Shown in pieces: positions 40,453-50,363 of a DNA stretch of 64,000 nt. Below the pieces are notes generated by a model, which worked only from the letters and a program-made list of their open reading frames with translations, ran no database searches and was not told the origin of the DNA. Position 1 is the first letter of the stretch; every line of letters begins with the position of its first letter. The stretch spans positions 320,001-384,000 of the forward strand of contig CAWCFX010000004.1 of NCBI GenBank assembly GCA_963795085.1, written 5' to 3'. This stretch comes from an uncultured Gemmatimonadales bacterium. Lineage in GTDB: Bacteria > Gemmatimonadota > Gemmatimonadetes > Gemmatimonadales > GWC2-71-9. A program made the translations under genes and the position numbers.

Positions 40453-40812
40453 ATGACACAGCACGGCTGGGCCCGGGCAACAACCAAGGCGGCCGACACG
40501 CTCCGGCGAGGCGCGTGGTATCCCATCGTGGACCAGGCGGAGGACGGCCGGGTCGTCGTGGTGGAGGTAGACCGCAAGCCGGTCCAGGTCAGCCGTGACG
40601 ATGTGCATGTGCGGCAGGACCCGCCCAACTGCTGGAGCGTGGTGTATCGTACCGGGGTCATGCGTCCCACCTTCGGCGGTGTCGCGCCGCTCCCGACCTA
40701 CGCCGTCTGCCCGAACTGCCGGGAACGCCAGGAGTTCGAGGGCAAGCCGGCCCGGATGGCCTGCCAGCGATGTAAGAACGAATCAGATATTGACTGGACG
40801 GATACCTGCTAA
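40453..40812 (+). CDS. Small protein with C-terminal zinc ribbon
   Basis: YAVCPNC...CQRC; ATG at 40453. Confidence 0.75.
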   Translation: MTQHGWARATTKAADTLRRGAWYPIVDQAEDGRVVVVEVDRKPVQVSRDDVHVRQDPPNCWSVVYRTGVMRPTFGGVAPLPTYAVCPNCRERQEFEGKPARMACQRCKNESDIDWTDTC

Positions 40813-41025
40813 GTGGGTCAGTGGGTCAGTGGGACAAAAGCAAAGGGGCCAGTGGGATACTTCCCACAGGCCCCTTCATCATGTTACCTCCTGACCCACC
40901 GACCCACCGACCCACCGACCCACCGACCCACCGACCCACTGTCCCACTGACCCACTGTCCCACTGACCCACTGTCCCACTGACCCACTGTCCCACTGACC
41001 CACTGTCCCACTGTCCCACTGTGCC
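40813..41025. repeat. Octamer tandem repeats (GACCCACC / GACCCACT / GTCCCACT) with a short complementary arm
   Basis: (GTGGGTCA)n at ~40814-40835 and (GACCCACC)n then (GACCCACTGTCCCACT)n at ~40893-41021, between convergent genes. Confidence 0.9.
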
Positions 41026-41040
41026 CCTGTCCCCCTTCTC

Positions 41041-42582
41041 TCAGGCCAGCTTCACCATCGGCTGGGCGTTGAGATAGGCCAGGTGATCGTGGTAGATCGC
41101 GCCCTCGGGGAGGGCGTCGTAGAACACGCCCAGCTCGGCCTTGATCCGCTGGTGGTAGAACTCGGGCAGGATGGTGGATTCCCCATCGAAGTACTTGCGC
41201 ACCGTGGGATCGGTGTCGAGCAGGCCCCGGATGGTCGAATAGTACTTGATCCGGCCGTACCCCTCGGCCGACACGGCCCGGAGGGCGTTCATCCAGGCGG
41301 GAATCCGCTCGGTGTTGGCCCGGAAACGCCGGTAGATGCTCCGCATCGAGAAGGCGTACTTGGTCAGGTCGATGACGTAGCTGTAGAACTCCTTCCACTC
41401 GTAATTCTTGGGCTTCACGTTCATCGAGTGGTAGTTGTTGATGAAATGGAACGGGAACGGAAGCACCCGGCCGTCCCGCTGCAGGTCGATGTTGAGCGGC
41501 GCCGCCTGTCCGAAGGCGGAGAGCAGGGAGTAGGCCGGGAAGGCGCCCGGAGTCAGGTCGATGAAGCGCTTGCTCAGCTCGAACGGCTCCGGTCCCGAAT
41601 CCATGTCCAGGCCGAGCACGAAGTTGGTCTGGATGAACGGGATGTAGCGTTGCATCATGTTGACGTGGTCGGACACTTGCTGGACCTTGTCCATGCCGGC
41701 GGACTTGCCCGTCTTGGACTTGTTCCCCAGCGCATACCACGATTCCACGCCCGGCAGGATCCCCTTGAAGCCGTTCTTCTGCAGCCGCTTCAGGTGCGGT
41801 TCGTTGAGCAGTGACAGGCTGCTCTCGGCGATGAAGTCCATGCTGCCGGCGGGCACCGCTTCCTCAATCGCGCCCATGTAGTCTTCAAACCGCACCCCGA
41901 AGTTGGGGTCGTGCCAGCCGACCCGGGGCCGCTTCATCCTGGTCAGGAGGAACTTGAGATCTTCCCGCATCTGGTCGAAGCCGAGCGGCTGGAAATCCAC
42001 CGTCGAGTCGATGCAGAAGTGGCAGGTATAGGGACACCCCAGGCTGCCGATCATGGGGACGATCTTGAGCGCCGGCGCCTTGGCCAGCGTCTGCTCCACG
42101 AACTTCCATCGTTCCCGGACGCCGGGTAGCGTCGCCGGCTGCTGCCGGGCCGAGATCTGCATGCCCTCGGGCCGGTGCTGGCTGCAGTCCTGCAGCACTT
42201 CCTCGATGACGGCCTTATCGGTGAAGCCGAGGACGTAGTCGAAGTACTTGGCGGCATCCTGCGGATAGCACCGCGCGTGCGGCCCGCCCAGCACCGTGAT
42301 CGCGCCCCGCTTCCGGTACAGGTTGCTCAGCGCGTAGGTGAGCAGGGCCGCCTGGGTAAAGGCGCTGAAGAAGACGATGTCGGCATCGCCCGCTACTTCC
42401 TTCTCGAGGTCTTCAAACCCGGTATAGGCGATGAAGCGGACGTCATGTCCGGCTTCCTCGCACCACACGCCGACCACCTGGGGCATGATGCTGGCGTAGT
42501 TCGGGTGCATGAGCCGGGCCCACATCGCGTTAGTGGGTCCCCGACAGGTGAAATCAATGATGGTTACTCGGAGACGTCGCAT
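41041..42582 (-). CDS. B12-binding-domain radical SAM protein
   Basis: TVLGGPHA (B12-binding-domain motif), SLGCPYTCHFC (CxxxCxxC), GVES, FVLGLD. Confidence 0.9.
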   Translation of the reverse strand: MRRLRVTIIDFTCRGPTNAMWARLMHPNYASIMPQVVGVWCEEAGHDVRFIAYTGFEDLEKEVAGDADIVFFSAFTQAALLTYALSNLYRKRGAITVLGGPHARCYPQDAAKYFDYVLGFTDKAVIEEVLQDCSQHRPEGMQISARQQPATLPGVRERWKFVEQTLAKAPALKIVPMIGSLGCPYTCHFCIDSTVDFQPLGFDQMREDLKFLLTRMKRPRVGWHDPNFGVRFEDYMGAIEEAVPAGSMDFIAESSLSLLNEPHLKRLQKNGFKGILPGVESWYALGNKSKTGKSAGMDKVQQVSDHVNMMQRYIPFIQTNFVLGLDMDSGPEPFELSKRFIDLTPGAFPAYSLLSAFGQAAPLNIDLQRDGRVLPFPFHFINNYHSMNVKPKNYEWKEFYSYVIDLTKYAFSMRSIYRRFRANTERIPAWMNALRAVSAEGYGRIKYYSTIRGLLDTDPTVRKYFDGESTILPEFYHQRIKAELGVFYDALPEGAIYHDHLAYLNAQPMVKLA

Positions 42583-42749
42583 CGAAACTCCGGTATGAAC
42601 CGCACTACATGTTAGAACCCGAAGAGACCAGCCGGGGGCCCTGAAAGGGGAATGTCGGGAGAGGTGCTGGGGGATAATACCGGAAGAATACCCGCCCGGC
42701 TAGGGTAATACTGACAGCTGGTCAGGGGATTCCTGACGGGGATCCCTTC

Positions 42750-43112
42750 TCAAAGCGGTATGTCAAAAGGACTTACGCTCTGGGCCAGGCAGTCCAGGGG
42801 GATCCACCCCTGCCGGTCATCATTCGTGGTGACGAGCGCCCATCCCAGGGCTTCCTCGACCACGTGAACCATCTCTCCACTCTTCACACTGAGTTCATGC
42901 GCCCGGTAGTCGCGCAGCGCTTCTCCCTCCTCGCCAGATACCCGAAGAAACGATTCAGGAATCCAGCCGCTTCTGCCGTCGCGGGCCGAGGTGCCCCAGA
43001 TCCAGCCGGGATACTCGATGTCGCGGGCGCCCAGCCGCACCCGTTCGCCCGCCTTCAATTCAATGGGATCAGGATACTTGGGATCGTAGTTCCGGATTAC
43101 CTGGGCTGGCAT
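42750..43112 (-). CDS. Tandem SH3-domain protein
   Basis: Two SH3-like repeats: LKAGERV...GWI...GWIPESFL and ELSVKSGEMV...GWA...GWIPLDCL. Confidence 0.85.
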   Translation of the reverse strand: MPAQVIRNYDPKYPDPIELKAGERVRLGARDIEYPGWIWGTSARDGRSGWIPESFLRVSGEEGEALRDYRAHELSVKSGEMVHVVEEALGWALVTTNDDRQGWIPLDCLAQSVSPFDIPL

Positions 43113-43214
43113 GGATGCGTCAACTGCTGGGGGAACCGGTCGGAGCTTGCGGACTGCCGGAAAGGTACTGCCGGTTGACCGGCGAACAAGGCAGGCCCTG
43201 GCGGGTGGGGGTTG

Positions 43215-43658
43215 TCAGCCTGCCAACGGCAACGGCCGCTTGCCGACCACCGGGCCGCGGCTGTCCCGCCGGTTCATTGAAAGAAAGAGATTGAGCGCGA
43301 AGCACCACGCGCCCACCGTTTCCAGGAAGCCGCCAAGGACGAGGAGGCCGCTGCCCCACGCGGCGCCGCCAGGGCGCCCGAAGAAGCCGGTTACCATGGC
43401 AATGAGCCCCAGGTTGGCGAGCCACCAGTGCGCCACCGCCATCCGGGGGCTGTAGAGCCCATAGCCCATCATGCGGGGCAGGATCTGGTACCCCACGCCG
43501 AAGATGATCATGGCCACGAAACCCAGCAGGTTCATGTGCACGTGGGCCGGCCGGTAGATGATCCAGGCCGGCTCGATCGCCATGGCAAGGCCGAGCGCGG
43601 CACCGGCGCATAGCCAGGCCAGGCCGGATTTCACGAATGTTCGGGGTGCCCAATCCAT
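43215..43658 (-). CDS. Small four-TM membrane protein (heme-copper-oxidase-like His motif)
   Basis: Four hydrophobic helices, PAHVHMNLLGF; GAGGAG SD before ATG 43658. Confidence 0.75.
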   Translation of the reverse strand: MDWAPRTFVKSGLAWLCAGAALGLAMAIEPAWIIYRPAHVHMNLLGFVAMIIFGVGYQILPRMMGYGLYSPRMAVAHWWLANLGLIAMVTGFFGRPGGAAWGSGLLVLGGFLETVGAWCFALNLFLSMNRRDSRGPVVGKRPLPLAG

Positions 43659-43818
43659 AAGGTCTCCTCGTGCCGCGGATACGGACCGGCGGAATGGCAA
43701 AGCTCAAATCATGGTGGTCAGGGAGGGAAGTCGGCGGGAAAACAGTCTGAAGAAGACTTCATGTCAAGATGGCCACGACCGAGCCCACTCGCGGGACTTC
43801 GCCTGCGGCAATGGCTGG

Positions 43819-44361
43819 TCAGGTGACGGCGTCTGAGATCGGCGGCGCAACCGGCCGTACCAGGATGTGATCAGTCTGCGGGTCCGCGCCAACCCTGAAC
43901 ACCTGTTCCCCCGCGTTCACAAAGCCGAACTTGTGGTAGAACGCCTTGGCCCGCCCGTTGCGCTCCCACACGCCAAGCCACAGCGTTTGTACGCCGCGCA
44001 GATGGGCTTCGGCCTCCACGCTGGCCATGAGCGCCTGGGCAATACCCCGGCCCTGCCATGGCCGGGCAACATAAAACCGCCATACCTCAAGCGGCGACGC
44101 GCCTGTGACGCACGCCGGAGCCGGTCCGGCGCGCAGCTGCGCATAGCCGGCCAGCTCCCCGTCGGCCTCGACCAGGAGCGTGGCGATGCCGGGATCGGCA
44201 AGCTCCCGGCCCTGCTGCGCGGTCCCATACGCCCCAGCGATGTGAAGTGCCATGTCTTCCGGGCGATTATCGGGCGCAAAGGTCTCGCGAAACGTGCGGG
44301 CTGCCAGTTCAGCAAGCGTGGCCGCATCAGCCGCGACACCGCGTCGAATCATGATGTGCAT
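43819..44361 (-). CDS. GNAT acetyltransferase (PaiA-like)
   Basis: RFYV..PWQGRGIAQALM, WLGVWERNGRAKAFYHKFGF; GAGGAG SD before ATG 44361. Confidence 0.92.
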   Translation of the reverse strand: MHIMIRRGVAADAATLAELAARTFRETFAPDNRPEDMALHIAGAYGTAQQGRELADPGIATLLVEADGELAGYAQLRAGPAPACVTGASPLEVWRFYVARPWQGRGIAQALMASVEAEAHLRGVQTLWLGVWERNGRAKAFYHKFGFVNAGEQVFRVGADPQTDHILVRPVAPPISDAVT

Positions 44362-44477
44362 GTTGATACTCCTCGAGCCGGATGCTCGTGCTGCCACCTG
44401 GTCCTGATGCCTGCTCCACCGGTTGTCCGGCTGACCGCTGGGGATCCTGGAGAGGCCGGTTCGTACCCCTCGGTCGG

Positions 44478-44510
44478 GAAAGAAAAAGGGCCCCTGTTCT
44501 GGGCCCTTCG
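44478..44510 (-). terminator. Terminator downstream of tRNA-Cys
   Basis: Minus strand aagggccc-agaacagg-gggccctt followed by a U run. Confidence 0.7.
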
Positions 44511-44526
44511 TCCTTGTCCTTCATAG

Positions 44527-44598
<72 letters not shown>

Positions 44599-44648
44599 GG
44601 GGAAACAAAGAAAGGGGGCCAGGGGGCCAGCGGGCAAGGGGGGAATAA

Positions 44649-44690
44649 AGTGGGTCAGTGGGCCAGTGGGTCAGTGGGCCAGTGGGTCAG
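44649..44690. repeat. (GTGGGTCA/GTGGGCCA)n octamer repeat
   Basis: About five units; same family as 40813-41025. Confidence 0.8.
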
Positions 44691-45532
44691 CGGGGGTAGT
44701 GGGGCTTGGGTCCGGGTTTCCGGTGGGCCTCGCGAAACGAGCGGGGGGTCGTGTTGAAGTGGCGCTTGAAGCAGCGGGTCAGGTGGCTCTGGTCCGCGAA
44801 CCCCGATCCGATCGCGATGGTCGCGATGGCTTCCGTCCCGTCCGCCAGCCGGTGCGCCGCCCGCTCCAGGCGAACCCGCCGGGCATACTCCCCGATGGAA
44901 GTGTGAAAATGGCGCCGGAAGGCCCGGGCCAGGTACCCCGGATGGACCCCCGCCGAGTCGGCCAGGGTTCCCAGGCGGAGGGCGGCGCCAGGCTCCTCGT
45001 GGAGCATCTCCTGGATCCGGCCGAGCCAGGCGGGCGGCCCCTGGCGGTCCCCACCGGGCGCTGCCCGGCTGGCGGTGACCAGCATCTCCAGCAGAAACGC
45101 CTCCATGGCCAGCGCGCTCCAGCTGTCGGGGGTTTGTACCTCGAGCGCCAGGCGTGACGCCATCGCCGATATGCCGCCGTGGCGCATGAAGGCGATGCCG
45201 TCGAAGAGGGGCCGGAACGGCCGCCACAGCTCGGCCTCCTCCAGCCCCGGCATGAGCACCAGCACCTCGGCGCCGCCGGATCCGACGTAGTTGGCGTGGC
45301 TCTCTCCCGCCGGCTCGACCGCGATGCTGGTGGGGGTGCAGTCGAAGGTTCGTCGGCGGAACGACAGGTCGAACGACCCGCCCAGCATCACGGCGAACGT
45401 GGGATGGTCGTGGGTATGCCGGGCGATGGTGGACCCGGGCGGGAACCACGCGTGCACGATCCCGCATCCCCTTACCGAAGCATGCTGAAACCGGGGACTG
45501 CCCAGGGTCACTGGTACCGGTGTGTCTGGCAT
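44687..45532 (-). CDS. AraC-family regulator with cupin sensor domain
   Basis: HTHDH cupin motif; GVHPGYLARAFRRHF...GFADQSHLTRCFKRHFNTTP. Confidence 0.92.
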   Translation of the reverse strand: MPDTPVPVTLGSPRFQHASVRGCGIVHAWFPPGSTIARHTHDHPTFAVMLGGSFDLSFRRRTFDCTPTSIAVEPAGESHANYVGSGGAEVLVLMPGLEEAELWRPFRPLFDGIAFMRHGGISAMASRLALEVQTPDSWSALAMEAFLLEMLVTASRAAPGGDRQGPPAWLGRIQEMLHEEPGAALRLGTLADSAGVHPGYLARAFRRHFHTSIGEYARRVRLERAAHRLADGTEAIATIAIGSGFADQSHLTRCFKRHFNTTPRSFREAHRKPGPKPHYPR

Positions 45533-45679
45533 GGCAACCTCCTGTCAAGGCGACGAGCGGAGGAGCCCTGCTTGCACCGTCTCGAGGTTACAGGCGTTCC
45601 AGAACTCACACCCGGTTCAAGACGCCCTGCCCGCCCTCCCCTATCGTGGGTCTCCAACGACCTTTCACCAGGAGATCCT

Positions 45680-46318
45680 ATGTCCTTCCATCGTCACTAC
45701 TTGGCATCCATGGCCCTGGGCGCAATGCTCGCCGCCTGCGGGGAACCTGCCGACCCGGCCACGACAGGCGCCGGCTCGGCCTACGGGGTGCCCGCCGAGG
45801 CCTCGGCAGTCCCGGCGCAGGCTCGCGCCACTGCGGCGGCCGCCCGCCTGGAAGCGGAGTATGATTTCCTCGTTCCGGCCAGCTTCAACGGCGGGATCTT
45901 CGGCGTGGACATCGAGAACCGGGTCAGCGTGAACGCACGGCTGAGCGCCAACGGGGAAATCTCGGGGCGGTATCACTACCGGCAGAGCGTCGAGGGGGAG
46001 GATTTCATCTTCGCGGGCAACGTGACCTGCTTCCAGGTCTATGACACGCCGGTGCTCCAGCGGTTCCCCGGCATTCCGGCCATGACCGCAAACCGGGCGA
46101 AGTGGGGCGGCCTGATCGTAGAATCCAACGACCCCACGCTGCCGGCCGGTGGCTACATCTGGTTCCAGTCCATTGACAATGGAAGTTTCACCGACGTCAG
46201 CACGCTCAGCGGCTTTGGGGATGAGGCGGCCAACGAGGCATTCTGCGCCAGTGCCAATGTTCCCAACGCGAACTTCGGCCCTCACGCCCTGCGGCGAGGA
46301 GACATCCGAGTGCAGTGA
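45680..46318 (+). CDS. Hypothetical lipoprotein
   Basis: AGGAG SD before ATG 45680; lipobox LAAC; beta-rich body with two Cys. Confidence 0.8.
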   Translation: MSFHRHYLASMALGAMLAACGEPADPATTGAGSAYGVPAEASAVPAQARATAAAARLEAEYDFLVPASFNGGIFGVDIENRVSVNARLSANGEISGRYHYRQSVEGEDFIFAGNVTCFQVYDTPVLQRFPGIPAMTANRAKWGGLIVESNDPTLPAGGYIWFQSIDNGSFTDVSTLSGFGDEAANEAFCASANVPNANFGPHALRRGDIRVQ

Positions 46319-46407
46319 AACCGCACGAATGAGCAGTGAGCCGGACTGGTGCCTGATGCTGGTGAACTGCCAGCCAGGCATCAGTCCCGCTCTCTCCTCA
46401 CCTCTCA

Positions 46408-46902
46408 CTACACATGCACTTCCCTCGCCCCTTCCACCTCCAGGCACTGTTTGGCCAGGCCGACCCGGTCGTCGTGCGCGTTGACGCCCACCAGGACGCC
46501 GCCGGACCGAATTTCGTCGGCGTAGAGCTTGGCCTCGTGTTCGGGGATGCCCATGCCGGCGATGGCGCCGATGATGCCGCCGGCGGCTCCCCCGGCCCCG
46601 GCACCGGCCAGGGCGGCCACGATCGGGCCGGCCGCCAACAGTCCCAGGCCGGGAAGCGCAATGGCTCCCACCGCCACGAGGGCGGCCGCGGCAGCGCCGA
46701 GGACCCCGCCGGTTGCGGCGCCAAGGGCGGCTCCTTCCGGCGCCTTGGTGCCGGTATCGACCCCGAACTGCCGTCCCGGCAGGGTCGAATCCGCGGCAAG
46801 GGCGCTGATGTCGTCGCGGGAAAATCCGGCCTCCAACAGCCGGTCGATGGCCAGCCGGGCGGTATCGCGGTCCCGGTAAACGGCGGTCACTGCTTTGGAC
46901 AT
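46408..46902 (-). CDS. General-stress/glycine-zipper membrane protein
   Basis: AIDRLLEAGFSRDDIS, GAALGAATGG, GPIVAALAGAGAG, GMGIPEHEA..Y...G.VLV. Confidence 0.85.
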   Translation of the reverse strand: MSKAVTAVYRDRDTARLAIDRLLEAGFSRDDISALAADSTLPGRQFGVDTGTKAPEGAALGAATGGVLGAAAAALVAVGAIALPGLGLLAAGPIVAALAGAGAGGAAGGIIGAIAGMGIPEHEAKLYADEIRSGGVLVGVNAHDDRVGLAKQCLEVEGAREVHV

Positions 46903-47011
46903 AAGGCCTCTTCAGAGATTGGATGATTCGTCATTCGCGAATAGCTTCCGTCCAGCCCGATCGCATCCGCTAATCGCCAAACACTAATCGCTAATCTCCA
47001 CCCCCCGCACC

Positions 47012-47890
47012 GTGACCTCTCTCACGCCCGCCGTCACGCGCTTCGCCCCGTCCCCCACCGGACACCTCCACTTGGGGCACGTGGTGAACGCGCTCTATGT
47101 CTGGGGCGTGGCCAGGGCGTCGGGCGGGAGGGTACTGCTCCGGATGGAGGACCACGACCGCCAGCGGAGCCGCCCGGAGTACGAGCGGTCCATCCTGGAG
47201 GACCTGGGCTGGCTGGGGCTCGAAGCCGATGGGCCGCTGGTGCGTCAGAGTGAACGGGGAGCGATCTACGCCGAGCACCTGGAGCGGCTGGAACGGCGCG
47301 GCCTGGCCTATGCCTGCATCTGCTCGCGGCGCGACGTCTCCCTCGTCTCGCCGGTGGAACCGGGGCAGGAACCACGTTATCCGGGGACCTGCCGCGGCCA
47401 GGGGGTGGCCTGGGAGCCGGGGTTGAGCCGGCGCGTCATCCTCAGCGAAGACCCCGTGGTGTTTTCCGATCTTCGGCTGGGAAGGCAACACCAGGTCCCG
47501 GCGGAGCAGTGCGGCGACCTCCTGGCCAAGGACCGGCTGAGCAACTGGACCTACCAGTTTGCCGTGACGGTGGACGATTACCTGCAGGGCGTGACCCTGG
47601 TGATCCGGGGTGAGGACCTGCTGCCGTCCACCGGGCGGCAGATCCTGCTGGGGAAGATGCTGGGGCGGAGCCAGCTGGCGGCGTTTCTCCATCACGGGCT
47701 GATCCTGAACCCGGACGGCGAGAAGCTGAGCAAGGCCCGGCGGGACACCGGGATCCGGGAACTCCGGGCCGCGGGGGAGAGTCCTCGGCGGGTCCTGGGC
47801 CGAGCGGCCCATGCGGTGGGCCTGATCGACGCCGTGCGCGACCTGGGCCTGGACGAGCTCCCGGGGCTCGTGGGTCCCGTTAGCGGATGA
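47012..47890 (+). CDS. gluQ: Glutamyl-queuosine tRNA(Asp) synthetase (GluRS catalytic-domain paralogue)
   Basis: TRFAPSPTGHLHLGH, CICSR, YPGTCR, YQFAVTVDD, IRGEDL, KLSK; no anticodon-binding domain. Confidence 0.88.
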   Translation: MTSLTPAVTRFAPSPTGHLHLGHVVNALYVWGVARASGGRVLLRMEDHDRQRSRPEYERSILEDLGWLGLEADGPLVRQSERGAIYAEHLERLERRGLAYACICSRRDVSLVSPVEPGQEPRYPGTCRGQGVAWEPGLSRRVILSEDPVVFSDLRLGRQHQVPAEQCGDLLAKDRLSNWTYQFAVTVDDYLQGVTLVIRGEDLLPSTGRQILLGKMLGRSQLAAFLHHGLILNPDGEKLSKARRDTGIRELRAAGESPRRVLGRAAHAVGLIDAVRDLGLDELPGLVGPVSG

Positions 47891-49139
47891 ATTCCACTTC
47901 TTCCGGCGCGGCCACCAGGTCGTACTCTCCTTCCCAGCGGGCCATGACCGCCGTCGCGAGACAGTTGCCCACCAGGTTGACCGTGGTCCGCGCCATGTCC
48001 ATCAGCTCGTCCACGCCGAGGATCACGGCCACGCCTTCAAGCGGCAGGCCGAACTGCACCAGCACGCCGGAGAGGATGACCAGCGAGGCGCGGGGCACCG
48101 CGGCCACGCCTTTGCTGGTAATGAGCAGGGTCAGCATCATGATCAGCTGCTGTCCCATGGTCAGGTCCACTCCCGCGGCCTGGGCCACGAAGATCGCGGC
48201 GAGCGAGAGATAGAGCGTGGAGCCGTCGAGGTTGAACGAGTACCCCGTGGGCAGTACGAAGGCGACGATCCGGCGCGGCACCCCCAGCCGCTCCATGTTC
48301 TCCATGGCCTTGGGCAGGGCCGCTTCCGACGAGGTGGTGGCAAAGGCGATGAGGGCCGGTTCCTTGACCAGCCGGAAGAACTTGCGGAACGGCAGCTTGA
48401 TGATCAGCGCCACCGGCACCAGTGCCACCAGGATGAACACGATCAGCGCGCCGTAGAGCGTCAGCACCAGCAGCAGCAGGTTCTTGAGCACCCCGATGCC
48501 GCTGTGCCCCACCGTCACCGCGATCGCCGCCCCGATGCCGATGGGGGCGTATTTCATGACGATCCCGGTGAACTTGAACATCACCTGCGTCAGTCCTTCG
48601 CAGAAATTGAGCATCGTCTCCTTGGGCTTACCCTTGACCTGGGAAAGCCCGATCGCGAACAGGATCGAGAAGAAGACGATCTGCAGCACTTCGTTCCTGG
48701 CTGCTGCTTCGAAGAAGCTCTGGGGGACGGTGTGCTCCAGGACGCTCCCGAAGGTCGGCTTGGCCGCCGCGAGTGCGCTGGTCTGGGTCGTGTCCACGCC
48801 CTCGGGGGCGCTCAGCACCACCCCGACGCCGGGCTTGGTGATGTGAACCGCGGCCAGCCCCACCACCAGCGCCACCGTGGTGACGATCTCGAAGTAGATG
48901 ATGGCCTTGAGCGCCAGCTTGCCGACCTGCTTCATGTCGTCGCCGTGACCGGCGATGCCAATCACCAGGCTGCCGAAGATGATCGGCACGATGATGGACT
49001 TGATCATCCGCAGAAAGACCGTGGACAGCGGCTTGAGGTTCTGGGCGGTATCCGGCCAGGCCCAGCCCACCGCCGCGCCCACGATCATCATGATGATGAT
49101 CCACTTGGTCAGCGAAATGCTCTTCAGGAAATTCCACAT
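47880..49139 (-). CDS. gltP: Dicarboxylate/amino acid:cation symporter (GltP/DctA family)
   Basis: FATTSSEAALP, PTGYSFNLDG, SKGVAAVP, DMARTTVNLVGN. Confidence 0.9.
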   Translation of the reverse strand: MWNFLKSISLTKWIIIMMIVGAAVGWAWPDTAQNLKPLSTVFLRMIKSIIVPIIFGSLVIGIAGHGDDMKQVGKLALKAIIYFEIVTTVALVVGLAAVHITKPGVGVVLSAPEGVDTTQTSALAAAKPTFGSVLEHTVPQSFFEAAARNEVLQIVFFSILFAIGLSQVKGKPKETMLNFCEGLTQVMFKFTGIVMKYAPIGIGAAIAVTVGHSGIGVLKNLLLLVLTLYGALIVFILVALVPVALIIKLPFRKFFRLVKEPALIAFATTSSEAALPKAMENMERLGVPRRIVAFVLPTGYSFNLDGSTLYLSLAAIFVAQAAGVDLTMGQQLIMMLTLLITSKGVAAVPRASLVILSGVLVQFGLPLEGVAVILGVDELMDMARTTVNLVGNCLATAVMARWEGEYDLVAAPEEVEFIR

Positions 49140-49256
49140 GGGGAACCGGGCTTTCTCTGGCGTCGGATGTGCGGCCGCCCCGGGGCCGTGGTTGGCGGGC
49201 GGGGCGGGTACGGAGGAAGAAACGGTGGAGTTGAACGGCCGGCGCCCGGCGGCGCC

Positions 49257-50363
49257 TCAGCGGCCGGCGAGCGCCTCGGCCTTGGACTCGATGCCGGCCA
49301 GCAGGGATTCGTAGGAGGCCGCGAAACTGGCCACGCCTTCGGTCTCCAGCTCGGCGGTGACCCGGTCCAGGTCAACACCGGCGGCCTTCAGGCCGGCAAG
49401 CTGGCCGGGAGCCCGGGCCATCCCGTCCCGGATCCGGACTGCCGGGTCGCCGTGGTCGCGATAGGCCTCGAAGGTCGCCGGCGGGAGCGTGTTGACCGAG
49501 CGGGGCGCCACCAGCGCCTCCACGTAATAGATGTCGGGGTAGCGCTTGTCCTTGGTGCTGGTCGAGGCCCAGAGGGGCCGCTGTACCTGGGCGCCCTCGG
49601 CCTCCAGTTTCTGCCAGCGGGCGCCGGCGAACTGCCGCTCGAAGAGCTCATAGGCCATGCAGGCGTTGGCGATGGCGGCAGTGCCGCGGAGGCCCTGCGG
49701 GTCTCCCTTCGCATCGAGCAGCGGGTCCACCTTGCCATCGACCCGGCTCACGAAGAAACTGGCGACCGACCGGATCCGCTCGACCGAACCGCCGGCCTTC
49801 AGCCGACGCTCCAGGCCGGAGAAATAGGCTTCGATGACCCGGGCGTAGCGGTCCAGCGAGAAGAGCAGGGTGACGTTGATGCTGATGCCCTCGGCCAGGC
49901 TGGCCGCGATGGCTTCGAGGCCCGCCTCGGTGCCCGGAATCTTGATCATCACGTTGGGCCGGTCCACCGAGCGCCAGAGCCGGGCGGCTTCCTCGATGGT
50001 GCGCGCGGTGTCGTGGGCCAGCGCCGGCGATACCTCCAGCGAGACCAGGCCGTGAAGCCCGTCACTGGATTCATACAGGGGCCGGAACTCGTCGCAGGCC
50101 TCCTGCACGTCGGACACCGCGATGGCTTCGAAGATTTCCTGCGGCGAGTGGCCCGCGGCCGAGAGCCGCCGGATGTCGCCGTCGTAGAGGTCGCTTCCGC
50201 CAATCGCCTTCTCGAAGATGGTGGGATTGGAGGTCATGCCCTGGAGCGAGTCCGCCTGGATCAGCCGGGCCAGCTCGCCCGAGTGCACCAGGTCGCGGGT
50301 GATGAAATCGTACCAGGGGCTCTGGCCCAGTTCGGCCAGCCGCGCGAGCGGGTTCTTTTCCAT
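49257..50363 (-). CDS. tal: Transaldolase
   Basis: From ATG 50363: GQSPWYD, GMTSNPTIF, VSLEVSP, NVMIKIP, INVTLLFS, SFFVSR, RPLWASTSTK. Confidence 0.95.
   Translation of the reverse strand: MEKNPLARLAELGQSPWYDFITRDLVHSGELARLIQADSLQGMTSNPTIFEKAIGGSDLYDGDIRRLSAAGHSPQEIFEAIAVSDVQEACDEFRPLYESSDGLHGLVSLEVSPALAHDTARTIEEAARLWRSVDRPNVMIKIPGTEAGLEAIAASLAEGISINVTLLFSLDRYARVIEAYFSGLERRLKAGGSVERIRSVASFFVSRVDGKVDPLLDAKGDPQGLRGTAAIANACMAYELFERQFAGARWQKLEAEGAQVQRPLWASTSTKDKRYPDIYYVEALVAPRSVNTLPPATFEAYRDHGDPAVRIRDGMARAPGQLAGLKAAGVDLDRVTAELETEGVASFAASYESLLAGIESKAEALAGR

Noticed and set aside
39160..41040. Tandem arrays as CRISPR arrays
   Set aside because: Units are 8-16 nt and contiguous, without unique spacers.
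41041..42582. Radical SAM enzyme as a RiPP maturase for the 47-aa peptide
   Set aside because: It is 25 kb away, has no adjacent precursor, and no RRE or SPASM motif is evident.
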